Assembly (NCBI GenBank): GCA_964057225.1
Contig: OZ059895.1
Location: forward strand, 2,976,001-3,040,000
Direction: 5' to 3'
DNA from: Auanema rhodensis
Taxonomy: Eukaryota > Animalia > Nematoda
DNA: 64,000 nt
Position numbers and translations under genes: made by a program. Below, piece after piece: positions 51,901 to 64,000 of the stretch. The notes below the pieces were generated by a model. It was not told the origin of the DNA and searched no databases. It worked only from the letters and a program-made list of their open reading frames with translations. How positions within the stretch are numbered: position 1 is the first letter of the stretch; each line of letters opens with the position of its first letter.

Positions 51901-54900
51901 TTGGAAAGATTTTAATTCGGTTTTTTTTCAACTTTCACTCAGTTTGTTTTCTTAACTTTGATTAAGAACCTTGAGTTTTGTACACCCATAAAATATACGC
52001 AGCACAGGTTACCCTTAAATAATGAACTGACCGACTAATCAGACATGGATCTTTCCAAGTTCTGTTGCTTGAACGGATGTTTTCCTACGTAGGCTAGTAA
52101 AACATGCCCTTCAAAGCATCAGAACATGTGATCAAATTCCAATTTTTTTGTATCTATCTTGTAAAGATAGTAATATATCATATGTTGAACACTATGTTGG
52201 AAAGATTTTCATTCAGATTTTTTAATTTTTATTCAGTTTGTTTTTTAAACTTTGATTAAGAACTTTGATTTTTGTTTACCCATAAATTATACGCAGCACA
52301 GGTTACCCTTAAATAATGAACTGACCGACTAATCAGACATGGATCTTTCCAAGTTCTGTTGCTTGAACGGATGTTTTCCTACGTAGTCTAGTAAAACATG
52401 CCCTTCAAAGCATCAGAACATGTGATCACATTCCAATTTTTTTGTATCTATCTTGTAAAGATAGTAATATATCATATGTTGAACACTATGTTGGAAAGAT
52501 TTTAATTCAGATTTTTTAATTTTTATTCAGTTTGTTTTTTAAACTTTGATTAAGAACTTTGATTTTTGTACACCCATAAATTATACGCAGCACAGGTTAC
52601 CCTTAAATAATGAACTAACCGACTAATCAGACATGGATCTTTCCTAGTTCTGTTGCTTGAATGGATGTTTTCCTACGTAGGCTAGTAAAACATGCCCTTC
52701 AAAGCATCAGAACATGTGACCACATTCCAATTTTTTTGTATCTATCTTGTAAAGATAGTAATATATCATATGTTGAACACTATGTTGGAAAGATTTTAAT
52801 TCAGATTTTTTCAACTTTCACTCAGTTTGTTTTCTAAACTTTGATTAAGAACCTTGAGTTTTGTACACCCATAAAATATACGCAGCACAGGTTACCCTTA
52901 AATAATGAACTGACTGTCTAATCAGACATGGATCTTCCCAAGTTCTGTTGCTTGAATGGATGTTTTCCTACGTAGGCTAGTAAAACATGCCCTTCAAAGC
53001 ATCAGAACATGTGATCACATTCCAATTTTTTTGTATCTATCTTGTAAAGATAGTAATATATCATATGTTGAACACTATGTTGGAAAGATTTTGATTCAGA
53101 TTTTCGAACTTTTATTCAGTTTGTTTTTTAAACTTTGATTAAGAACTTTGATTTTTGTACACCCATAAATTATACGCAGCACAGGTTACCCTTAATTAAT
53201 GAACTGACCGACTAATCAGACATGAATCTTTCCAAGTTCTGTTGCTTGAACGGATGTTTTCCTACGAAGGCTAGTAAAACATGCCCTTCAAAGCATCAGA
53301 ACATGTGATCACATTCCAATATTTTTGTATCTATCTTGTAAAGATAGTAATATATCATATGTTGAACACTATGTTGGAAAGATTTTGATTCAGATTTTCG
53401 AACTTTTATTCAGTTTGTTTTTTAAACTTTGATTAAGAACTTTGATTTTTGTACATCCATAAATTATACGCAGCACAGGTTACCCTTAAATAATGAACTG
53501 ACCGACTAATCAGACATGGATCTTTCCTAGTTCTGTTGCTTGAATGGATGTTTTTCTACGTAGGCTAGTAAAACATGCCCTTCAAAGCATCAGAACATGT
53601 GATCACATTCCAATATTTTTGTATCTATCTTGTAAAGATAGTAATATATCATATGTTGAACACTATGTTGGAAAGATTTTAATTCAGATTTTTTCAACTT
53701 TCACTCAGTTTGTTTTCTAAACTTTGATTAAGAACCTTGAGTTTTGTACACCCATAAATTATACGCAGCACAGGTTACCCTTAAATAATGAACTGACCGA
53801 CTAATCAGACATGGATCTTTCCTAGTTCTGTTGCTTGAACGGATGTTTTCCTACGTAGGCTAGTAAAACATGCCCTTCAAAGCATCAGAACATGTGATCA
53901 CATTCCAATATTTTTGTATCTATCTTGTAAAGATAGTAATATATCATATGTTGAACACTATGTTGGAAAGATTTTAAATCAGATTTTTTCAACTTTCACT
54001 CAGTTTGTTTTCTTAACTTTGATTAAGAACCTTGTTGTTCGTACACCCATAAAATATACGCAACACAGGTTACCCTTAAATAATGAACTGACCGACTAAT
54101 CAGACATGGATCTTTCCAAGTTCTGTTGCTTGAACGGATGTTTTCCTACGTAGGCTAGTAAAACATGCCCTTCAAAGCTTCAGAACATGTGATCAAATTC
54201 CAATTTTTTTGTATCTATCTTGTAAAGATAGTAATATATCATATGTTGAACACTATGTTGGAAAGATTTTCATTCAGATTTTTTAATTTTTATTCAGTTT
54301 GTTTTTTAAACTTTGATTAAGAACTTTGATTTTTGTACACCCATAAATTATACGCAGCACAGGTTACCCTTAAATAATGAACTAACCGACTAATCAGACA
54401 TGGATCTTTCCTAGTTCTGTTGCTTGAATGGATGTTTTCCTACGTAGGCTAGTAAAACATGCCCTTCAAAGCATCAGAACATGTGATCACATTCCAATTT
54501 TTTTGTATCTATCTTGTAAAGATAGTAATATATCATATGTTGAACACTATGTTGGAAAGATTTTCATTCAGATTTTTTAATTTTTATTCAGTTTGTTTTT
54601 TAAACTTTGATTAAGAACTTTGATTTTTGTACACCCATAAATTATACGCAGCACAGGTTACCCTTAAATAATGAACTGACCGACTAATCAGACATGGATC
54701 TTTCCAAGTTCTGTTGCTTGAACGGATGTTTTCCTACGTAGGCTAGTAAAACATGCCCTTCAAAGCTTCAGAACATGTGATCAAATTCCAATTTTTTTGT
54801 ATCTATCTTGTAAAGATAGTAATATATCATATGTTGAACACTATGTTGGAAAGATTTTCATTCAGATTTTTTAATTTTTATTCAGTTTGTTTTTTAAACT

Positions 54901-57900
54901 TTGATTAAGAACTTTGATTTTTGTTTACCCATAAATTATACGCAGCACAGGTTACCCTTAAATAATGAACTGACCGACTAATCAGACATGGATCTTTCCT
55001 AGTTCTGTTGCTTGAATGGATGTTTTTCTACGTAGGCTAGTAAAACATGACCTTCAAAGCATCAGAACATGTGATCACATTCCAATATTTTTGTATCTAT
55101 CTTGTAAAGATAGTAATATATCATATGTTGAACACTATATTGGAAAGATTTTAATTCAGATTTTCTAACTTTTATTCAGTTTGTTTTTTAAACTTTGATT
55201 AAGAACTTTGATTTTTGTACACCCATAAATTATACGCAGCACAGGTTACCCTTAAATAATGAACTAACCGACTAATCAGACATGGATCTTTCCAAGTTCT
55301 GTTGCTTGAACGGATGTTTTCCTACGTAGGCTAGTAAAACATGCCCTTCAAAGCTTCAGAACATGTGATCAAATTCCAATTTTTTTGTATCTATCTTGTA
55401 AAGATAGTAATATATCATATGTTGAACACTATGTTGGAAAGATTTTCATTCAGATTTTTTAATTTTTATTCAGTTTGTTTTTTAAACTTTGATTAAGAAC
55501 TTTGATTTTTGTACACCCATAAATTATACGCAGCACAGGTTACCCTTAAATAATGAACTAACCGACTAATCAGACATGGATCTTTCCTAGTTCTGTTGCT
55601 TGAATGGATGTTTTCCTACGTAGGCTAGTAAAACATGCCCTTCAAAGCATCAGAACATGTGATCACATTCCAATTTTTTTGTATCTATCTTGTAAAGATA
55701 GTAATATATCATATGTTGAACACTATGTTGGAAAGATTTTCATTCAGATTTTTTAATTTTTATTCAGTTTGTTTTTTAAACTTTGATTAAGAACTTTGAT
55801 TTTTGTACACCCATAAATTATACGCAGCACAGGTTACCCTTAAATAATGAACTGACCGACTAATCAGACATGGATCTTTCCAAGTTCTGTTGCTTGAACG
55901 GATGTTTTCCTACGTAGGCTAGTAAAACATGCCCTTCAAAGCTTCAGAACATGTGATCAAATTCCAATTTTTTTGTATCTATCTTGTAAAGATAGTAATA
56001 TATCATATGTTGAACACTATGTTGGAAAGATTTTCATTCAGATTTTTTAATTTTTATTCAGTTTGTTTTTTAAACTTTGATTAAGAACTTTGATTTTTGT
56101 TTACCCATAAATTATACGCAGCACAGGTTACCCTTAAATAATGAACTGACCGACTAATCAGACATGGATCTTTCCTAGTTCTGTTGCTTGAATGGATGTT
56201 TTTCTACGTAGGCTAGTAAAACATGACCTTCAAAGCATCAGAACATGTGATCACATTCCAATATTTTTGTATCTATCTTGTAAAGATAGTAATATATCAT
56301 ATGTTGAACACTATATTGGAAAGATTTTAATTCAGATTTTCTAACTTTTATTCAGTTTGTTTTTTAAACTTTGATTAAGAACTTTGATTTTTGTACACCC
56401 ATAAATTATACGCAGCACAGGTTACCCTTAAATAATGAACTAACCGACTAATCAGACATGGATCTTTCCTAGTTCTGTTGCTTGAATGGATGTTTTCCTA
56501 CGTAGGCTAGTAAAACATGCCCTTCAAAGCATCAGAACATGTGACCACATTCCAATTTTTTTGTATCTATCTTGTAAAGATAGTAATATATCATATGTTG
56601 AACACTATGTTGGAAAGATTTTAATTCAGATTTTTTCAACTTTCACTCAGTTTGTTTTCTTAACTTTGATTAAGAACCTTGTTGTTCGTACACCCATAAA
56701 ATATACGCAGCACAGGTTACCCTTAAATAATGAACTGACCGACTAATCAGACATGGATCTTTCCAAGTTCTGTTGCTTGAACGGATGTTTTCCTACGTAG
56801 GCTAGTAAAACATGCCCTTCAAAGCATCAGAACATGTGATCAAATTCCAATTTTTTTGTATCTATCTTGTAAAGATAGTAATATATCATATGTTGAACAC
56901 TATGTTGGAAAGATTTTCATTCAGATTTTTTAATTTTTATTCAGTTTGTTTTTTAAACTTTGATTAAGAACTTTGATTTTTGTTTACCCATAAATTATAC
57001 GCAGCACAGGTTACCCTTAAATAATGAACTGACCGACTAATCAGACATGGATCTTTCCAAGTTCTGTTGCTTGAACGGATGTTTTCCTACGTAGGCTAGT
57101 AAAACATGCCCTTCAAAGCATCAGAACATGTGATCACATTCCAATTTTTTTGTATCTATCTTGTAAAGATAGTAATATATCATATGTTGAACACTATGTT
57201 GGAAAGATTTTAATTCAGATTTTTTAATTTTTATTCAGTTTGTTTTTTAAACTTTGATTAAGAACTTTGATTTTTGTACACCCATAAATTATACGCAGCA
57301 CAGGTTACCCTTAAATAATGAACTAACCGACTAATCAGACATGGATCTTTCCTAGTTCTGTTGCTTGAATGGATGTTTTCCTACGTAGGCTAGTAAAACA
57401 TGCCCTTCAAAGCATCAGAACATGTGACCACATTCCAATTTTTTTGTATCTATCTTGTAAAGATAGTAATATATCATATGTTGAACACTATGTTGGAAAG
57501 ATTTTAATTCAGATTTTTTCAACTTTCACTCAGTTTGTTTTCTAAACTTTGATTAAGAACCTTGAGTTTTGTACACCCATAAAATATACGCAGCACAGGT
57601 TACCCTTAAATAATGAACTGACTGTCTAATCAGACATGGATCTTCCCAAGTTCTGTTGCTTGAATGGATGTTTTCCTACGTAGGCTAGTAAAACATGCCC
57701 TTCAAAGCATCAGAACATGTGATCACATTCCAATTTTTTTGTATCTATCTTGTAAAGATAGTAATATATCATATGTTGAACACTATGTTGGAAAGATTTT
57801 GATTCAGATTTTCGAACTTTTATTCAGTTTGTTTTTTAAACTTTGATTAAGAACTTTGATTTTTGTACACCCATAAATTATACGCAGCACAGGTTACCCT

Positions 57901-60900
57901 TAATTAATGAACTGACCGACTAATCAGACATGAATCTTTCCAAGTTCTGTTGCTTGAACGGATGTTTTCCTACGAAGGCTAGTAAAACATGCCCTTCAAA
58001 GCATCAGAACATGTGATCACATTCCAATATTTTTGTATCTATCTTGTAAAGATAGTAATATATCATATGTTGAACACTATGTTGGAAAGATTTTAATTCG
58101 GTTTTTTTTCAACTTTCACTCAGTTTGTTTTCTTAACTTTGATTAAGAACCTTGAGTTTTGTACACCCATAAATTATACGCAGCACAGGTTACCCTTAAA
58201 TAATGAACTGACCGACTAATCAGACATGGATCTTTCCTAGTTCTGTTGCTTGAATGGATGTTTTCCTACGTAGGCTAGTAAAACATGCCCTTCAAAGCAT
58301 CAGAACATGTGATCACATTCCAATATTTTTGTATCTATCTTGTAAAGATAGTAATATATCATATGTTGAACACTATGTTGGAAAGATTTTAATTCAGATT
58401 TTTTCAACTTTCACTCAGTTTGTTTTCTAAACTTTGATTAAGAACCTTGAGTTTTGTACACCCATAAATTATACGCAGCACAGGTTACCCTTAAATAATG
58501 AACTGACCGACTAATCAGACATGGATCTTTCCTAGTTCTGTTGCTTGAACGGATGTTTTCCTACGTAGGCTAGTAAAACATGCCCTTCAAAGCTTCAGAA
58601 CATGTGATCAAATTCCAATTTTTTTGTATCTATCTTGTAAAGATAGTAATATATCATATGTTGAACACTATGTTGGAAAGATTTTCATTCAGATTTTTTA
58701 ATTTTTATTCAGTTTGTTTTTTAAACTTTGATTAAGAACTTTGATTTTTGTTTACCCATAAATTATACGCAGCACAGGTTACCCTTAAATAATGAACTGA
58801 CCGACTAATCAGACATGGATCTTTCCAAGTTCTGTTGCTTGAACGGATGTTTTCCTACGTAGGCTAGTAAAACATGCCCTTCAAAGCATCAGAACATGTG
58901 ATCACATTCCAATTTTTTTGTATCTATCTTGTAAAGATAGTAATATATCATATGTTGAACACTATGTTGGAAAGATTTTGATTCAGATTTTCGAACTTTT
59001 ATTCAGTTTGTTTTTTAAACTTTGATTAAGAACTTTGATTTTTGTACACCCATAAATTATACGCAGCACAGGTTACCCTTAATTAATGAACTGACCGACT
59101 AATCAGACATGAATCTTTCCAAGTTCTGTTGCTTGAACGGATGTTTTCCTACGAAGGCTAGTAAAACATGCCCTTCAAAGCATCAGAACATGTGACCACA
59201 TTCCAATTTTTTTGTATCTATCTTGTAAAGATAGTAATATATCATATGTTGAACACTATGTTGGAAAGATTTTAATTCAGATTTTTTCAACTTTCACTCA
59301 GTTTGTTTTCTAAACTTTGATTAAGAACCTTGAGTTTTGTACACCCATAAAATATACGCAGCACAGGTTACCCTTAAATAATGAACTGACTGTCTAATCA
59401 GACATGGATCTTCCCAAGTTCTGTTGCTTGAATGGATGTTTTCCTACGTAGGCTAGTAAAACATGCCCTTCAAAGCATCAGAACATGTGATCACATTCCA
59501 ATTTTTTTGTATCTATCTTGTAAAGATAGTAATATATCATATGTTGAACACTATGTTGGAAAGATTTTGATTCAGATTTTCGAACTTTTATTCAGTTTGT
59601 TTTTTAAACTTTGATTAAGAACTTTGATTTTTGTACACCCATAAATTATACGCAGCACAGGTTACCCTTAATTAATGAACTGACCGACTAATCAGACATG
59701 AATCTTTCCAAGTTCTGTTGCTTGAACGGATGTTTTCCTACGAAGGCTAGTAAAACATGCCCTTCAAAGCATCAGAACATGTGATCACATTCCAATATTT
59801 TTGTATCTATCTTGTAAAGATAGTAATATATCATATGTTGAACACTATGTTGGAAAGATTTTAATTCGGTTTTTTTTCAACTTTCACTCAGTTTGTTTTC
59901 TTAACTTTGATTAAGAACCTTGAGTTTTGTACACCCATAAATTATACGCAGCACAGGTTACCCTTAAATAATGAACTGACCGACTAATCAGACATGGATC
60001 TTTCCTAGTTCTGTTGCTTGAATGGATGTTTTCCTACGTAGGCTAGTAAAACATGCCCTTCAAAGCATCAGAACATGTGATCACATTCCAATATTTTTGT
60101 ATCTATCTTGTAAAGATAGTAATATATCATATGTTGAACACTATGTTGGAAAGATTTTAATTCAGATTTTTTCAACTTTCACTCAGTTTGTTTTCTAAAC
60201 TTTGATTAAGAACCTTGAGTTTTGTACACCCATAAATTATACGCAGCACAGGTTACCCTTAAATAATGAACTGACCGACTAATCAGACATGGATCTTTCC
60301 TAGTTCTGTTGCTTGAACGGATGTTTTCCTACGTAGGCTAGTAAAACATGCCCTTCAAAGCTTCAGAACATGTGATCAAATTCCAATTTTTTTGTATCTA
60401 TCTTGTAAAGATAGTAATATATCATATGTTGAACACTATGTTGGAAAGATTTTCATTCAGATTTTTTAATTTTTATTCAGTTTGTTTTTTAAACTTTGAT
60501 TAAGAACTTTGATTTTTGTTTACCCATAAATTATACGCAGCACAGGTTACCCTTAAATAATGAACTGACCGACTAATCAGACATGGATCTTTCCAAGTTC
60601 TGTTGCTTGAACGGATGTTTTCCTACGTAGGCTAGTAAAACATGCCCTTCAAAGCATCAGAACATGTGATCACATTCCAATTTTTTTGTATCTATCTTGT
60701 AAAGATAGTAATATATCATATGTTGAACACTATGTTGGAAAGATTTTGATTCAGATTTTCGAACTTTTATTCAGTTTGTTTTTTAAACTTTGATTAAGAA
60801 CTTTGATTTTTGTACACCCATAAATTATACGCAGCACAGGTTACCCTTAATTAATGAACTGACCGACTAATCAGACATGAATCTTTCCAAGTTCTGTTGC

Positions 60901-63900
60901 TTGAACGGATGTTTTCCTACGAAGGCTAGTAAAACATGCCCTTCAAAGCATCAGAACATGTGATCACATTCCAATATTTTTGTATCTATCTTGTAAAGAT
61001 AGTAATATATCATATGTTGAACACTATGTTGGAAAGATTTTAATTCGGTTTTTTTTCAACTTTCACTCAGTTTGTTTTCTTAACTTTGATTAAGAACCTT
61101 GAGTTTTGTACACCCATAGAATATACGCAGCACAGGTTACCCTTAAATAATGAACTGACCGACTAATCAGACATGGATCTTTCCAAGTTCTGTTGCTTGA
61201 ACGGATGTTTTCCTACGTAGGCTAGTAAAACATGCCCTTCAAAGCATCAGAACATGTGATCAAATTCCAATTTTTTTGTATCTATCTTGTAAAGATAGTA
61301 ATATATCATATGTTGAACACTATGTTGGAAAGATTTTCATTCAGATTTTTTAATTTTTATTCAGTTTGTTTTTTAAACTTTGATTAAGAACTTTGATTTT
61401 TGTTTACCCATAAATTATACGCAGCACAGGTTACCCTTAAATAATGAACTGACCGACTAATCAGACATGGATCTTTCCAAGTTCTGTTGCTTGAACGGAT
61501 GTTTTCCTACGTAGGCTAGTAAAACATGCCCTTCAAAGCATCAGAACATGTGATCACATTCCAATTTTTTTGTATCTATCTTGTAAAGATAGTAATATAT
61601 CATATGTTGAACACTATGTTGGAAAGATTTTAATTCAGATTTTTTAATTTTTATTCAGTTTGTTTTTTAAACTTTGATTAAGATCTTTGATTTTTGTACA
61701 CCCATAAATTATACGCAGCACAGGTTACCCTTAAATAATGAACTAACCGACTAATCAGACATGGATCTTTCCTAGTACTGCTGCTTGAATGGATGTTTTC
61801 CTACGTAGGCTAGTAAAACATGCCCTTCAAAGCATCAGAACATGTGACCACATTCCAATTTTTTTGTATCTATCTTGTAAAGATAGTAATATATCATATG
61901 TTGAACACTATGTTGGAAAGATTTTAATTCAGATTTTTTCAACTTTCACTCAGTTTGTTTTCTAAACTTTGATTAAGAACCTTGAGTTTTGTACACCCAT
62001 AAAATATACGCAGCACAGGTTACCCTTAAATAATGAACTGACTGTCTAATCAGACATGGATCTTCCCAAGTTCTGTTGCTTGAATGGATGTTTTCCTACG
62101 TAGGCTAGTAAAACATGCCCTTCAAAGCATCAGAACATGTGATCACATTCCAATTTTTTTGTATCTATCTTGTAAAGATAGTAATATATCATATGTTGAA
62201 CACTATGTTGGAAAGATTTTGATTCAGATTTTCGAACTTTTATTCAGTTTGTTTTTTAAACTTTGATTAAGAACTTTGATTTTTGTACACCCATAAATTA
62301 TACGCAGCACAGGTTACCCTTAATTAATGAACTGACCGACTAATCAGACATGAATCTTTCCAAGTTCTGTTGCTTGAACGGATGTTTTCCTACGAAGGCT
62401 AGTAAAACATGCCCTTCAAAGCATCAGAACATGTGATCACATTCCAATATTTTTGTATCTATCTTGTAAAGATAGTAATATATCATATGTTGAACACTAT
62501 GTTGGAAAGATTTTAATTCGGTTTTTTTTCAACTTTCACTCAGTTTGTTTTCTTAACTTTGATTAAGAACCTTGAGTTTTGTACACCCATAAATTATACG
62601 CAGCACAGGTTACCCTTAAATAATGAACTGACCGACTAATCAGACATGGATCTTTCCTAGTTCTGTTGCTTGAATGGATGTTTTCCTACGTAGGCTAGTA
62701 AAACATGCCCTTCAAAGCATCAGAACATGTGATCACATTCCAATATTTTTGTATCTATCTTGTAAAGATAGTAATATATCATATGTTGAACACTATGTTG
62801 GAAAGATTTTAATTCAGATTTTTTCAACTTTCACTCAGTTTGTTTTCTAAACTTTGATTAAGAACCTTGAGTTTTGTACACCCATAAATTATACGCAGCA
62901 CAGGTTACCCTTAAATAATGAACTGACCGACTAATCAGACATGGATCTTTCCTAGTTCTGTTGCTTGAACGGATGTTTTCCTACGTAGGCTAGTAAAACA
63001 TGCCCTTCAAAGCATCAGAACATGTGATCACATTCCAATATTTTTGTATCTATCTTGTAAAGATAGTAATATATCATATGTTGAACACTATGTTGGAAAG
63101 ATTTTAAATCAAATTTTTTCAACTTTCACTCAGTTTGTTTTCTTAACTTTGATTAAGAACCTTGTTGTTCGTACACCCATAAAATATACGCAGCACAGGT
63201 TACCCTTAAATAATGAACTGACCGACTAATCAGACATGGATCTTTCCAAGTTCTGTTGCTTGAACGGATGTTTTCCTACGTAGGCTAGTAAAACATGCCC
63301 TTCAAAGCTTCAGAACATGTGATCAAATTCCAATTTTTTTGTATCTATCTTGTAAAGATAGTAATATATCATATGTTGAACACTATGTTGGAAAGATTTT
63401 CATTCAGATTTTTTAATTTTTATTCAGTTTGTTTTTTAAACTTTGATTAAGAACTTTGATTTTTGTTTACCCATAAATTATACGCAGCACAGGTTACCCT
63501 TAAATAATGAACTGACCGACTAATCAGACATGGATCTTTCCAAGTTCTGTTGCTTGAACGGATGTTTTCCTACGTAGGCTAGTAAAACATGCCCTTCAAA
63601 GCATCAGAACATGTGATCACATTCCAATTTTTTTGTATCTATCTTGTAAAGATAGTAATATATCATATGTTGAACACTATGTTGGAAAGATTTTAATTCA
63701 GATTTTTTCAACTTTCACTCAGTTTGTTTTCTAAACTTTGATTGAGAACCTTGAGTTTTGTACACCCATAAATTATACGCAGCACAGGTTACCCTTAAAT
63801 AATGAACTAACCGACTAATCAGACATGGATCTTTCCTAGTTCTGTTGCTTGAATGGATGTTTTCCTACGTAGGCTAGTAAAACATGCCCTTCAAAGCATC

Positions 63901-64000
63901 AGAACATGTGACCACATTCCAATTTTTTTGTATCTATCTTGTAAAGATAGTAATATATCATATGTTGAACACTATGTTGGAAAGATTTTAATTCAGATTT
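49000..64000. repeat. Domain of 4-, 6- and 9-mer higher-order duplications marked by AAGCTT, CATGAATC, TTTTGATTCAG and CACTATATTGG variants
   Basis: CACTATATTGG at 49250/51017 (1767 apart) and 55139/56315 (1176 apart). Marker ORFs at 57664, 59432 and 62084 (1768 and 2652 apart). Confidence 0.78.

Larger units (their letters stand above)
1..64000. repeat. Tandem satellite DNA array, ~295 bp monomer (294/295/296 bp subtypes), about 217-218 head-to-tail copies; probably eukaryotic centromeric/pericentromeric heterochromatin
   Basis: The same monomer recurs continuously from base 1 to base 64000 (starts at 1, 297, 592, ...). ORF-track spacings are multiples of ~294.5 bp except across the two truncated copies. 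Copies differ only by a few recurring substitutions and 1-2 bp indels. The array runs off both window ends. The centromeric role is inferred only. Confidence 0.99.

Noticed and set aside
685-63229. Dozens of 60-89 aa ORFs (MDVFLRRLVKHALQSIRTCDHIPIFLYLSCKDSNISYVEHYVGKIL...) resembling a tandem gene family with variable C-termini
   Set aside because: They are one chance frame of the satellite monomer. The start codon is often lost (ATG->ACG), indels in T-runs shift the frame freely, lengths hover at the 60 aa calling cutoff, and there is no recognisable domain or sign of coding constraint.
1-64000. CRISPR array or other repeat-spacer system
   Set aside because: There are no unique spacers, since the entire 295 bp unit is repeated, and no cas or other genes are present.
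1-64000. Tandem RNA gene cluster (5S rDNA, tRNA, snRNA, spliced leader)
   Set aside because: The unit length is compatible with 5S arrays, but I recognise no 5S, tRNA cloverleaf/A-B box or snRNA sequence on either strand. An Rfam cmscan would settle it.
1-64000. Hidden insertion, inversion or unique island within the array
   Set aside because: Reading through the window I found no non-satellite sequence or strand switch. The only large structural deviation is the pair of 209 bp monomers.

Overview
The whole 64 kb window is one uninterrupted, head-to-tail, single-orientation tandem satellite array. It has about 217-218 copies of an AT-rich 294-296 bp monomer (phase used here: GTACACCCATAAATTATACGCAGCACAGGTTACCCTTAA...AAGAACCTTGAGTTTT, copy 1 = 1..296, copy 2 = 297..591). 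I see no credible genes, RNA genes, CRISPR array, transposon insertion or inversion, and all listed ORFs are chance reading frames of the monomer. The organisation resembles eukaryotic centromeric or pericentromeric satellite DNA, but I cannot assign the family or species from memory. The structure worth noting is internal: (i) each monomer carries a ~67 bp imperfect inverted repeat with a nested perfect palindrome and several more dyads; (ii) about six monomer subtypes are arranged in short-lived, nested higher-order repeats (2-, 4-, 6-, 7-, 9-, 10-, 12-mers); (iii) diagnostic variants are confined to successive zones along the array; (iv) two adjacent 209 bp monomers share an 85 bp deletion inside a small island of private mutations near 15 kb. 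Coordinates were read by eye, and block boundaries are approximate.
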